Origin: Takakia lepidozioides
Lineage: Eukaryota; Plantae; Bryophyta
NCBI GenBank assembly: GCA_030704615.1
Contig: CM060731.1
Span: forward strand, 49,724,001-49,788,000
Direction: 5' to 3'
DNA length: 64,000 bases
Shown here: one piece after another, positions 12,007 through 24,857 of the stretch
Layout of the letters: each line of letters begins with the position of its first letter
Numbering within the stretch: the first letter of the stretch is position 1
Position numbers and translations under genes: made by a program
The notes under the pieces: generated by a model
Told to the model about the DNA's origin: nothing
The model's database searches: none
What the model saw: only the letters and a program-made list of their open reading frames with translations

Positions 12007-13680
12007 CTATCCCAAGCAGTGTGGACACAACCAATCTCCGTCAGGAACCTTCTCAAGAGGTGGTGTCAAGCATCCCATATGCCAACCCCTTGAGCATCGA
12101 TCACACACCAGCATGGTGGCTGCCCCTTTGGCAGACCCACAGAGCATGCACCTCAAACCTGCAGGTACCACTGCCAAGTTTGGGTCAACTCTGCCATCGA
12201 CATTGGGAAGGTGACATGGCGCACAATTACGCACATGGTCCTTCCAAGTCATGCCATCCCGACCCTCCAAGATCAGGACCCCTGAGGGCAACACCTCTCG
12301 AACCCTCAGAATAACACGCCCTGCAGTAACATCCAGAGTCGTAGGAGCAGTCTGCTGCAAATAAACATAGTCACCAGGGCTAAACCTCCGAACCCCAGGA
12401 CGATATCCTCCACCACGTATAGTGGCATACCTCAACGTATCACGGTGTTGTGCAATGGCAAGGTTCTCAAAAGCCATGGGCATGACTTTCTTGAACAACT
12501 CTGCACGCTGATCACATGCACGTACCCACACGTCCGGATCGTCAAGGTTAAGGACTTGAGCAGTGTCCCTACGAATGGCTGCAGGCAAATCCGGCTCTCG
12601 GCCAAAGAGAAGAAATATGGTGAGAAGGAGGCAAGTGATGCTTGTTTGCTGAACCTGTAGCCCATGGCTAACCAAGGAACCTGAAGATCCCAATCTCCTA
12701 GGTGTCCCTTCTGCAAGCCATACTTGCGCAAACCCCTCTTCACCGTCTGAACAACTCTCTGCTAAGCCATCGGCCTCAGGATGATCCCGAGAAGTGGTGC
12801 GGTGGTCTATCAAGGCTTTATCACACAAAGCCTGAAACTCCCCAAGAACTCTCTCCCTTGGTCCGTGAGTACCTCAGCTGGAGCACCAAATCGGCTAAGC
12901 ACACGATCCAAGAATGCATACGCAGCCCCCTCACTAGCCTTGTCAGGCAATGGAACCAACTCAATCCACTTGGAGAAGTGCTCCACCATCACCAAACATA
13001 TCTGTGGTGGCGCATAGTCAGTGGCAACGGTCCTGCGAAGTCAAGACTCCACTGTAGCCCAATCCCATGATTGGTAAAGGATGCAACTGTGGTGTAGGGG
13101 TGTTGAATGAAGCACGCACCCTGTCACACACCATGCACCTAGCCACGAACTGTTGCACCTCTGTATGCATACCACGCCACCAATACTGCCCTGCAGTAAA
13201 CTGTGAGTGCGTCGCACTCCAAAATGCCCCAACTCCTCATGGGCATGCCGCACTAACCGTGCACGCTGTGTGGGGTGAGGCACAATCCTCACCCGACCAT
13301 CCTCCCACACTCGAAACAGGTGTATCCCCTCCCACTTGAACCTCTTGGCTCGTTGTAGGATCCGATCCCTCTCCTGGCAGTCACAAGCTGCCGTGTCTCC
13401 AGTGCGGAGGTAGTCCAACACACCGAATCTCATGTATATCTGGCACCACCTGGCTCATCACTAGCCTCAGGGTCCTCAGACACTCCGTCTACATCATCCC
13501 GTCCAACCTGACAAGATCACAAAAAGGCAGATGCATGCCATCCCGACACCATCTCCTCGTCCGTTTCACCATGCCACCGAGCTCCAGTGTCAATGGCTCG
13601 TGCATGGATTGCGACTCAATCCATCCACATCCCTATTGACCAAACCTGGTCGATGCACAACCTGAACATGTCCTCATGCT
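12007..13680 (-). pseudogene. RNase H C-terminus, integrase (HHCC + rve) and C-terminal PHD finger of E1, frameshifted
   Basis: VVHRPGLVNRDVDGLSR; HAHEELGH...CMVC; VEHFSKW, TDQGREF, ADGLAE; PHD C4HC3 CMLC...VCDRCSRGWHMGCLTPPL...WLCPHC (about 12015-12150). Confidence 0.9.
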
Positions 13681-14149
13681 CCTCCAAGCACGAGAGCAAA
13701 GCAATTCCTGTAAGCCTCAGGAACCGCCGTATACGTCGTCTCTCTCCTCGGTGACAATGGGTCCAATGTCAGGCTCCCAATTGTCCTCCGTAACTGCAAC
13801 CTTAAGTCCAGGGCTTAGAGGTAGAGGACGCGTCCCGTGGTTGCTATGTGCAACCTCTTGAGCAGTACTCCCTGCCTGCTCAGTCAATGACAAGGCCTCA
13901 TCCTGCCCCATCATCTCATCCTTGAGGACCTCCTCAACCCGAGAAGAATCCCCAACCTCATCCATCACAGCCGCCTTGGCTGCCAACTCCCTCTGAACCT
14001 CGAGCACCTCCCACGTGTGCCATGGATGCCTGCACCCCGTGGTCCTCACATGCTCGCCCCCACTCACTGCCTGTACCGTCTCGGTAGGCAGAGAGACCAT
14101 CGAGGGAAGTGTACTCCGCACTCTGCGTTGCTCAGCCATAGCCAAGCTG

Positions 14150-15090
14150 ATAATCCAGGTCAAGCAATTGAGATCCATTGCTTGCCCCAACACTTGACGA
14201 CGTGATGCCTCAGAAAGAGACGACACCGCCGTGGTACCAGTGGTAAAACCCATTGCCCGCTCACGCTCGTCAGCATTAGGCTCCACTAACTGCTGCAACT
14301 GAGCATCCCACAGGAGGCCAGGTCCACTATCCCGGAAAGCATGCGATCCTGGGAAGCTGAGCAGTGTAGGTAATGCTGCTCGTGGTTGACCCACCTTGTT
14401 GACCACTGCCAAAGGCGAACGGTCATCGTGTCTCACACGCTGAGACTGCCTCCCTGTGTCCAGAATGCTATCCACTGTGAGATGTGCTGGCCGCTGCACC
14501 CATCAAATGCACGCTTGAGCAGTGCGGGTGGCATCAAGTTAGTCCACCATAGCCGTGGACGATGAGCCCGTGACCCCACTGTAGCTGCATCTAGCAACAC
14601 TGCTGACCCAAGCCACGACCGACTTGATGCACACTGGCCATCACCCTGGCCCGAGAATCGCCCATCAGTGGCACATTCTCCAAGATGTATGCTGGAGATA
14701 CAGCTTGATGAAGCTGCAAGTGGCGCAAAACCCGCACCATCTCCCAAAACAGACCCGACCTCGAGTCAATCCATTGCCATGCCCGGCTGATGAATGCCCT
14801 TGGCAGGGCCAACCTGCCACTACCAGATCAATGGAGCCAACCCGCTCCAAATCCTGCCCCAGCAACGAAATGTCTGCTGGCAAGGCCTGCTGATATCACG
14901 AATTGCAGACACCGACAAACAAACAGGGTACCGCTGCACCAACTGAGCAACATGGCGAAGTGAAACGCGTCGTGCAGTCTCATCCCTCTCCACATACAGG
15001 TAACGCCGAACTCGTACACCTGCCTGTAACACAGCAGCAATCCGGTGCTGATCCCGCCAAACAAGTCCAGAAGACAAATGCCTTCATCCG
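14150..15090 (-). pseudogene. C5 cytosine DNA methyltransferase domain (DNMT3-like) within E1 pol, frameshifted
   Basis: Motif I LDLFGGIS, motif II YVERD, motif IV AGWPCQG, motif VI ILENV, motif VIII RAHRPRLWWTNL and motifs IX-X ERERAMGF...RRQVLGQAM, in canonical order. Confidence 0.9.
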
Positions 15091-18009
15091 GATACTGCCA
15101 CACAATAGGTGTGGTGTCCAATGGAGACAACTGAGGTGGTCCTGGTGCAATCCCCGCACTCTCCTCCTCTCCTGACGGTACAAAAGCCTCCACCCAGGCT
15201 TGTTGCACCCGTCGATCAGCATCCCGCTGCAAATCCTTGCTCGTGCCCCACAATGGAGTCTGAGCAACCATGGTAGGCAACTCCGCCATACCATACATGT
15301 CATCCTGCTCTCCCGGAGGTGGCACATCCTCTGAATGAGCGTTGCCCTCAAGCAACTCTCTAGGCCAACTCACTGCCGCTGTGAATGCTGCTAGTGTCGG
15401 CATCTTGCCTCGCTGGGCAACCGCAACTCCTCCTATGAACGTCACAGGGAGCTGCACACGCCGGCCCTCCCCTGACTGCCATGCAGGCCTATAGGAAGCT
15501 GACTCCTCCCAAAAATCCAGGGTGAAGCCCATGGGGTACAACACTGCCCCACCAACCAGGACATCGTATGAGACCGCGTCTGTCACAATGGCCTTGGCTC
15601 GCATCACTGAGCCATCTGTAGGGTGATCCGGCCGTAGTCTGATAGCCAACTCACGCCGTGTCATGCCCCGAGCCTGCTCCGATCCTCCCAGAGACGTCTG
15701 TATCTGGAAAGGACAAGGCTCCATATCCGCCTCCGTGAGGCCCAAGCCTGCAATAGCAGCTCTGCCCAGCATCAATGGCTGAGCTCCCGAGTCCAACAAG
15801 ACCCGCAGTGGCCGGTACCTCTTGCCTGCCGGTCCACTCAAACAGAAAATGCCATCCTGGTTGTCTAACATGACAACTCCAGGTGTCACCATGGCGCGCT
15901 CAATGGCTGGCCTAGCTGGCAGCTCCATCAACCTGGCAGCTGCAGCTTGCCATGGCGCCGCCGTGGCAGTCTTGACCCTCAAATCCGAGGATCCCTCCGG
16001 CACTACACCTCCCACTATCTCCGCAGAAGATGAAGTAACCTCCCCACTCTCACAGAGTGTAGCTGCCAGCCTGAACACCTCAGCTGGTCTTACCCCCGGC
16101 GTCGCAATCATGGTAGCCGAGAACAATGGAGCCTGGCACACAGATGTGGCCGCTCCTAGCAGCACACTAGCTGCCGTTAGCCTTGGCAACACTAGGTAGT
16201 GGTGCTACCCGTGTAGCTCTCCCCAATGGCATAGTAACCTCCGCCTCGGTAACAGTCGGGCGAGAACTAGGTGCCATGGATGGCGTCGACACTGTCTCCG
16301 CCAATGTGAATGACTGAGGAAGCCTAGCCTGACGGCTTGCCTCCCCACGCTGTGGATCCAACTCCACCTCTGCACCTCGTGGCTCAGGAACTCGTGCTGC
16401 TCCTCGAGTCACGGCTGCAGCAGACTCCACCTGCACTAGTGGTAGTGCTGCTCCACACATGAATCCCATGCTCCCATATCTCCTCCCTCAGGAGCAGGAG
16501 GTGGACCATCCGGCCTTAGAGCCGGTACCACCTGAGCTGTAGCCATGGCAGCGAGCCTCTGCTCTAGCTGCTGAAGCCGGTTGGCCATGCCTTGGTCAAC
16601 ACCCTGACCTCCGCGTCCTTGGCCATGTTGAGCTTGCCCTTGGCCTGCACCTCGTGGCTGGCCACCTCGTCCTCTCTGGGCTGCTCCACCTCGCCCCCGG
16701 CCACCATTGTTCCCTTGGAACTGGCCTGGGCGCAACTCAGGATGCAAACCATAACACTGGGCCTCTCCATGCCCGTGCTTGCCACAATGCCCACACTGCA
16801 ACTGTGCAGGCTGTGCATGTGCCGGCCCTTTGCCTCCCTCTGGGCAATCCTTCTTGACATGGGGTCCTCCACATGTCCAGCACACCACATCCGCCCGTTG
16901 TTGGCCAGCAAATGAAGGGAGAGACCCCTGCATCTGAGGTCCTCTGCCCTTCCCTGAGCTTCACCTGAGCCCCCTTGTTGCCTTGAGCACGTTGAGGTAG
17001 TGGTTGGCTAGGAGCACCACTACCCCGTGGTGTCTCCTTAGCAAATCCCACCATGACCACTCGTTCCTCCACCATGTTGAGCTCTATCCGCTCTGCCAGC
17101 AAAAACACATTTGCTAAGGTGGGTTGGGCCGCTTGTAGGAGAGTTGCATCCCGCACCCTTCTCCTCAGCTCCTTGTCCAATATCCCATACCAGAATTGGA
17201 CTGCCTGAGCTTCCGTAACCCCTTGGGTTACATTTATCAAGCGCCTCATGCGAGTGAAAGCCTCCCTCAAGCTCTCGGTCGGCTTCCGTTGGAACTCTTG
17301 CAAGCTCCGCAACTTCTCTGTCCTCACCCCTTGGTAGTTCCCTCTCAACTCTTCGAAGAACTCCACAACAGGGTTGAAGGCAGGCACGGGTACTAGTGCT
17401 GGTGCGGTAGTGGCTTGGGTGGACGTCGTAGCTACTGTACCACCAGTCCCACTAGTCCCACTGCTACTTGCTGAAGCTGCCGGTGCAGCGGCAGGTAGCC
17501 ACTGCCCTCGTGGCTCTAGTGCCCCTAGTGATGGAGACATAGTCGGGTGACCAGTACATCCTCCACTCCTCGATCTCAACCTCATGCCCCCGCCTGAACT
17601 CATGGTAATCATCCATAGGCGGCCCCTCAAGGTGCTGAAACAGCCCCTTCCATGCCATGAAAGGCGTAAATAGTTGTGGATTGCGCATTTGCTGCAAATC
17701 ACACCAACTATCAAACTCTTGGATAAAATCATCCAACTCGATGGTGCCCACCGCCCCAGAGTACCTTCGTGGCCCCTTGGTAGCTCCATACATCTCCTCC
17801 ATTGTGTCCCACAACAATGGCAAAGAAACAACTTGCACCGCCGGTATGAGTCCTCCTGATTCACAATCCGAATCAGAACCTTCCGTAGAAGACACAGGAG
17901 GTGAAGGTGGCCTAAACCGCACACCTCGTCTCGTGTACCCACTAGTATCGCTAGTGCTCGAACCGGCACTGTCCCCAGCAACTAGTGGCACCTCCGTGTT
18001 GACACTCAA
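15090..18009 (-). pseudogene. Gag (two Zn knuckles, RGG-rich tail) and aspartic protease of E1, frameshifted
   Basis: Retrotransposon gag-like LQEFQRKPTESLREAFTRM; CWTCGGPHVKKDC and CGHCGKHGHGEAQC; protease RVLLDSGA...YDVLVG. Confidence 0.88.
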
Positions 18010-18649
18010 CCGGTCATGAACATGTCCCTAACCCCTCTCCACAAGGTAACCGGGTAGAGAACCTGTTGCGGCTTATGGTTTGGAATACTAAGTTCCTAAC
18101 ATAGCCTACACCTGTACCTGCATCCACCGCAAGCACTCCTATGGTTGGCTGGGTCATCACCCCAGCCTCACCATCGACAGCATGCTCTAGGACTGGCCGG
18201 TGATCAAATCCGGACCAATCACCTATAAAAACAAGCGCCCACACAAAACTAGCATGGCGCACAGTCAAGCATGCAGGTATGGAGGGGATCCAAACACAAG
18301 AAATCAGAACGACAACTCCCCCACACCAAAAACAACTCCACGGTGTTGCCTGCAAGGACACCCCAGCCCAAACCCGGACTGACTCTTGCCTCCACCTACG
18401 GAAAGGTCTTGGCCGAGAGGGTGGAAACTACGAGGAAGAGAAGCTAAAGCAATGCCTAACCCCAGCATGCCCTCATCCCAACACTCTTCCTCTCCTCTCT
18501 TCCCTCACTTGCATGACCATGGGAATATCATGAAGATACTCCTCAAACCGCCCTCCACGAGCTTCAAAATTCGGCCTTCAAGACCACATGCCAGTCCTTA
18601 GGCAGTCCACCAGTGCCTCCACGAGTCAGCACAGGCCGTCCACAACACG

Positions 18650-19105
18650 GGCCACCACAGACCAGCACAGGCCCACACAGCTCACTCACAGCCGTCAGCC
18701 TGTCACAGCCCCCATCATCACCACAGTGTCACAGAGGTCACAGTCAACACAACAGCACATGTAGGCACAGGTCACAAGGCCGTCACAGCCCCCCACACAA
18801 GATCACAGCCCGTCCTGTCACAGAGCCCTCACATCACAGCCTGTCACAGCCCGTCACGTCACACACAGGCCGTCACAGCCCCACAGGCCACCTGTCACAG
18901 TCCACCTTCACAGGGCCAGCCGTCTGTTGTCACATTCACAGCACAGCCCTTCATTCACAGGCCTCACAGCCCGTCACAGCCCCACAGGCCACCACACACA
19001 GCACAGCCCATCACAGCCCACACACATCACAGCCTGTCACAGCCCCATGTCACAGCCCCCCCACAGCTGTCACATGCACAGCCCGTGGCCACATTTCACA
19101 GGCCA
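18650..19105. repeat. Degenerate (G)TCACAGCC low-complexity tandem tract
   Basis: Many TCACAGCC/CCACAG units; inverted equivalent at about 8915-9260. Confidence 0.85.
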
Positions 19106-22063
19106 TTTAGCCATTTCTCCAAGGGGTTTAGCCACGCCAAGCTAGGGTTTGTCTCTTGGACTCTAGGCTTCTTTGCACCGAGCTATGGCGGCTGTGAAGA
19201 AATCAGCAAGGTATTCTTGCTCTTTCGGCTCCCACACACCACCAATAGTAGCCCTAAGCCATGAGGAAGATGGTTGCCACAAACCAAGCCTTCTTTCTCA
19301 CTTAGACTCCCCAAACACGCCACTAAACTCAATGGCAAACAACCAAGCCTTGCTGGTTTCCAGCCCTTGTGAGCACTCATTCAAGCGTTTCCCTTGGCCA
19401 TAGCATCTGTCTTAGAGCCTATTCCAGCCCCCTACACCTGCCACTTCAAGAGCCATGCTCTATCTAGGCTTGAGGTTGAAACCCCAACTCAGAACACGCT
19501 CTACAAGTGTCGGACTGTCACATAAGAGCCAGCCCCTACCTTCTCTTCTAGTCTCTAAAGCTTGAAAACAAAAGCCCAATGGCTGAGGCATGCTCCACAC
19601 ATGCCCCACTCTCACCACCAGAGAATCAGCCCTTTGCTTTCTTTTTGCACCACCAACTGAAAATACAAGCTTCAGCGGCCATGCTCCACACATGCCCTAC
19701 GGGAAACCAGCCCTTCCTTCCTTTCTTGCACTCTGAAAGAAGCCTTCACAGGCTGAAGCATGCTCCACACATGCATTGAAGGGAAGTCACTCTTGAAGAT
19801 GGAAGCCATGCTCTCTTCACACCAGCCCCCTAATGCTCTCTCTAAGCACTCCACACAAGCTCCTGAGGGCCACCCGACACAGATTTCCTTTTTTTTGCTT
19901 TTACACAGATCAACACAACAGCTTTCATGCTGCATTCACACTTTTACAAACCAGCCCCTTCCTTCCTTTCTTGCACTCCCAACACCTGAAAGTGCAAGCC
20001 TTCACCAGGCTGATAGCATGCTCCACACATGCATTGCCCTCACATAAGGGAAGTCAGCCCTTCCCTCTTCCTTGCTTGCCCTCCAAGCTTGAAGATGGAA
20101 GCTTCAATGAGCTGAATACATGCTCCACACATGCAACCTCTTCACACAAGAGATATCAGCCCCTATCTTGGCTCCTTGGCTCCTTGATGCTCTCTAAGAC
20201 AAGACTAAGCACTCCACAGCCTTTGCCAAGCTCCTGAAACCCTAAGGCTTACATTTCCAGCCACAAGACACTTCTCTTGTGGTGCAAGAGCTTTTCTTCC
20301 AAGCTCTGAAACCCTAGGTGCACATTCCATGGCCTTGCCGCACCTCTTAGCTCCTGTTCCAGCCCTGCTCTTGCCATGACAAGAGCCCTCTCAATGCTGA
20401 AGCTCGAGATTGAAACCCAATCTCACCATACTCCACAAAGTGCACTGATTTGCCCCAAGCCAAATCAGCCCTTTCGCTTGGTCTTGCAATCCTTCACACA
20501 ATGAAAGCTCGCATTCCCAAGTCCAGTTCTCAGCTTTGCCACCAAAGCCACTATAACCTGCTCTTGACTGGTCCTCTTCCCAATCGTGCTTGCTCATGCA
20601 TGTACACAATCTGAAACCATCAAGGTGCTCTGGAATTACCTGCAGCATGGTGCTTTCATCTCTGAAGCTGAAGATCGAATGCCAAGGTCTACCACCTCGT
20701 AACCCACATCGCCTCCGCTTCTAACAACCAAGAGCTCCACGGTGCTCCTTGCATAACAACTTGGTTTCTCTCATTCTCAAGCAAAAACCACAAGTGCTAC
20801 AACTAACTCGTATCTGGCACTCACAGATACGAGCTCATCTTTCTCGAGTGATAAAGAAGAAGAATACAAGCACAAGCTCATGCGAGCTCACAAAGCTGAA
20901 GCATAAACTCATGCATATATAACCTCATCACTCAAATACAAGTCAAGCCAAGTGCACCCCACGCCATGGGGAATCCACACTACGGCGCCATAGCTAGGCG
21001 CGGTGAGGCTCAACTCGAGAAAGATGAGCCTCCCCGCTTGCCGTGAAGATAACCACTCCAGGGCCTAAATCTGCCTTGACCCCTGGATTGACACTTGGGC
21101 CAATCCCAAATGTCAATATGTAAAAGCTAGCTATTTCCTAGCTAGTTTCACACTAGTGGTAAATACACTTGACACTGGTCTCGAGTGGGCGAACTGGTGG
21201 TCATCTTCTTCAGCTGCAGGCCGAGTTAAGGAGCTACAACAATGTGGAGCTACGAGGGTGTTAGATGTAAGTCACAGTTATCGGGAGCTCCAACTTCAAG
21301 CTCATAATGAGGTATGAGTGAAGAGAGATGGCTGATTTCTCTTGTATGCAAGCCAATGCATTTGTGGCTATATTGAGTTGGGGGTTTCAATCTGAAACTC
21401 TAGCGGTATGAGGGCTCTTGCCATGGCAAGAGCGGGGCTGGAATAGGAGCTAAGAGGTGCGGCAAGGCCATGGAATGTGCACCTAGGGTTTCAGAGCTTG
21501 GAAGAAAAGCTCTTGCACCACAAGAGGAGTGTCTTGTGGCTGGAAATGGGCATGCTGGGTTAGGCATTGCTTTAGCTTCTCTTCCTCATAGTTTCCACCC
21601 TCTCATTAGGCCAAGACCTTTTCGTAGGTGGAGGCAAGAGTCAGTCCGGGTTTGGGCTGGGATGTCTTTGCAGGAGCAACACCGTGGAGTTGTTTTTGGT
21701 GTGGGGGAGTTGTCGTTCTGATTTCTTGTGTTTGGATCCCCTCCATACCTGCATGCTTGACTGTGCGCCATGCTAGTTTTGTGTGGGCACTTGTTTTTAT
21801 AGGTGATTGGTCCGGATTTGATCACCGGCCAGTCCTTGAGCATGCTGTCGATGGTGAGGCTGGGGTGATGACCAGCCAGACCATCATTGTTTCTCCTGTG
21901 GTGAGGTTGAAGGTGATGACCAGCCAACCATAGGAGTGCTTGCGGTGGATGCAGGTACAGGTGTAGGCTATGTTAGGAACTTAGTATTCCAACCATAAGC
22001 CGCAACAGGTTCTCTAACCCGGTTACCTTGTGGAGAGGGGGTTAGGGACATGTTCATGACCGG

Positions 22064-24857
22064 TTGAGTGTCAACACGGAGGTGCCACTAGTTGTTGGGG
22101 ACAGTGCCGGTTCGAGCACTAGCGATACTAGTGGGTACACGACGAGGGTGTGCGGTTTAGGCCACCTTCACCTCCTGTGTCTTCTACGGAAGGTTCTGAT
22201 TCGGATTGTGAATCAGGAGGACTCATACCGGCGGTGCAAGTTGTTTCTTTGCCATTGTTGTGGGACACAATGGAGGAGATGTATGGAGCTACCAAGGGGC
22301 CACGAAGGTACTCTGGGGCAGTGGGCACCATCGAGTTGGATGATTTTATCCAAGAGTTTGATAGTTGGTGTGATTTGCAGCAAATGCGCAATCCACAACT
22401 ATTTACGCCTTTCATGGCATGGAAGGGCTGTTTCAGCACCTTGAGGGGCCGCCTATGGATGATTACCATGAGTTCAGGCGGGGGCATGAGGTTGAGATCG
22501 AGGAGTGGAGGATGTACTGGTCACCCGACTATTCTCCATCACTAGGGGCACTAGAGCCACGAGGGCCGTGGCTACACCTGCCGCTGCACCGCGGCAGCTT
22601 CAGCAAGTAGCAGTGGGACTAGTGGGACTGGTGGTACAGTAGCTACGACGTCCACCCAAGCCACTACCGCACCAGCACTAATATCCATGCCTGCCTTCAA
22701 CCCTGTTGTGGAGTTCTTTGAAGAGTTGAGAGGGAACTACCAAGGGGTGAGGACAGAGAAGTTGCGGAGCTTGCAAGAGTTCCAACGGAAGCCGACCGAG
22801 AGCTTGAGGGAGGCTTTCACTCGCATGAGGCGCTTGATAAATGTAACCCAAGGGGTTACGGAACCTCAGGCAGTCCAATTCTGGTATGGGATATTGGACA
22901 AGGAGCTGAGGAGAAGGGTGCGGGATGCAACTCTCCTACAAGCCGCCCAACCCACCTTAGCAAATGTGTTTTTGCTGGCAGAGCGGATAGACCTCAACAT
23001 GGTGGAGGAACAAGAGGTCATGGTGGGATTTGCTAAGGAGACACCACGGGGTAGTGGTGCTCCTAGCCAACCACTACCTCAACGTGCTCAAGGCAACAAG
23101 GGGGGTCAAGTGAAGCCCAGGGAAGGACAAAGAGGACCTCAGATGCAGGGGTCTCTCCCTTCATTTGCAGGCCAACAACGGGCGGATGTGGTGTGCTGGA
23201 CATGTGGAGGACCCCATGTCAAGAAGGATTGCCCAGAGGGAGGCAAAGGGCCGGCACATGCACAACCTGCACAGTTGCAGTGTGGGCATTGTGGCAAGCA
23301 CGGGCATGGAGAGGCCCAGTGTTATGGTTTGCATCCTGAGTTGCGCCTAGGCCAGTTCCAAGGGAACAATGGTGGCCGGGGGCGAGGTGGAGCAGCCCAG
23401 AGAGGACGAGGTGGCCAGCCACGAGGTGCAGGCCAAGGGCAAGCTCAACATGGCCAAGGACGCGGAGGTCAGGGGGTTGACGAAGGCATGGCCAACCGGC
23501 TTCAGCAGCTAGAGCAGAGGCTCACTGCCATGGCTACAGCTCAGGTGGTACCGGCTCTAAGGCCGGATGGTCCACCTCCTACCTGAGGGAGGAGATATGG
23601 GAGGCATGGGATTCATGTGTGGAGCAGCACTACCACTAGTGCAGGTGGAGTCTGCTGCAGCCGTGACTCGAGGAGCAGCACGAGTTCCTGAGCCACGAGG
23701 TGCAGAGGTGGAGTTGGATCCACAGCGTGGGGAGGCAAGCCGTCAGGCTAGGCTTCCTCAGTCATTCACATTGGCGGAGACAGTGTCGACGCCATCCATG
23801 GCACCTAGTTCTCGCCCGACTGTTACCGAGGCGGAGGTTACTATGCCATTGGGGAGAGCTACACGGGTAGCACCACTACCTAGTGTTGCCAAGGCTACAG
23901 CAACTAGTGTGCTGCTAGGAGCGGCCACATCTGTGTGTCAGGCTCCATTGTTCTCGCTACCATGATGCGACGCCGGGGGTAAGACCAGCTGAGGTGTTCA
24001 GGCTGGCAGCTACACTCTGTGAGAGTGGAGAGGTTACTTCATCTTCTGCAGAGATAGTGGGAGGTGTAGTGCCGGAGGGATCCTCGGATTTGAGGGTCAA
24101 GACTGCCACGGCGGCGCATGGCAAGCTGCAGCTGCCAGGTTGATGGAGCTGCCAGCTAGGCCAGCCATTGAGCGCGCATGGTGACACCTGGAGTTGTCAT
24201 GTTAGACAACCAGGATGACATTTTCTGTTTGAGTGGACCGGCAGGCAAGAGGTACCGCCACTGCGGGTCTTGTTGGACTCGGGAGCTCAGCCATTGATGC
24301 TAGGCAGAGCTGCTATTGCAGGCTTGGGCCTCACGGAGGCGGATATGGAGCCTTGTCCTTTCTAGATACAGACGTCTCTGGGAGGATCGGAGCAGGCTCG
24401 GGGCATGACACGGCGTGAGTTGGCTATCAGACTACGGCCGGATCACCCTACAGATGGCTCAGTGATGCGAGCCAAGGCCATTGTGACAGACGCGGTCTCA
24501 TACGATGTCCTGGTTGGTGGGGCAGTGTTGTACCCCATGGGCTTCACCCTGGATTTTTGGGAGGAGTCAGCTTCCTATAGGCTTGCATGGCAGTTAGGGG
24601 AGGGCCGGCGTGTGCAGCTCCCTGTGACGTTCATAGGAGGAGTTGCGGTTGCCCAGCGAGGCAAGATGCCGACACTAGCAGCATTCACAGCGCAGTGAGT
24701 TGGCCTAGAGAGTTGCTTGAGAGCAACGCTCATTCAGAGGATGTGCCACCTCCGGGAGAGCAGGATGACATGTATGGTATGGCGGAGTTGCCTACCATGG
24801 TTGTTCAGACTCCATTGTGGGGCACGAGCAAGGATTTGCAGCAGGATGCTGATCGAC
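22064..24857 (+). pseudogene. Gag and protease of E2
   Basis: Same peptides as E1 (MPAFNPVVEFFEEL..., CWTCGGPHVKKDC, LLDSGA, YDVLVGG), with several indels. Confidence 0.88.

Larger units (their letters stand above)
11559..21174 (-). mobile_element. Ty3/gypsy-type element copy E1 (gag-PR-DNMT-[RT deleted]-RH end-IN-PHD)
   Basis: On the minus strand it starts TGTCAAG (21174) and ends CACGACA (11559), and contains the gag/pol domains listed below. Confidence 0.9.

Noticed and set aside
18010-18450. Primer-binding site for E1/E2
   Set aside because: No CA-TGG junction with recognisable tRNA 3' complementarity was found by eye, so none is annotated.
18613-19145. His/Ser/Thr/Pro-rich ORFs (also 9127-9512 and 56125-56495)
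   Set aside because: They are translations of low-complexity tandem repeats, not supported proteins.
24847-24857. 11-bp TSD (TGCTGATCGAC) or a hAT assignment from the CAGGG start
   Set aside because: A 9-bp TSD gives gap-free CA...TG terminal alignment, and the transposase motifs (CxxH, SWIM) are Mutator-type.
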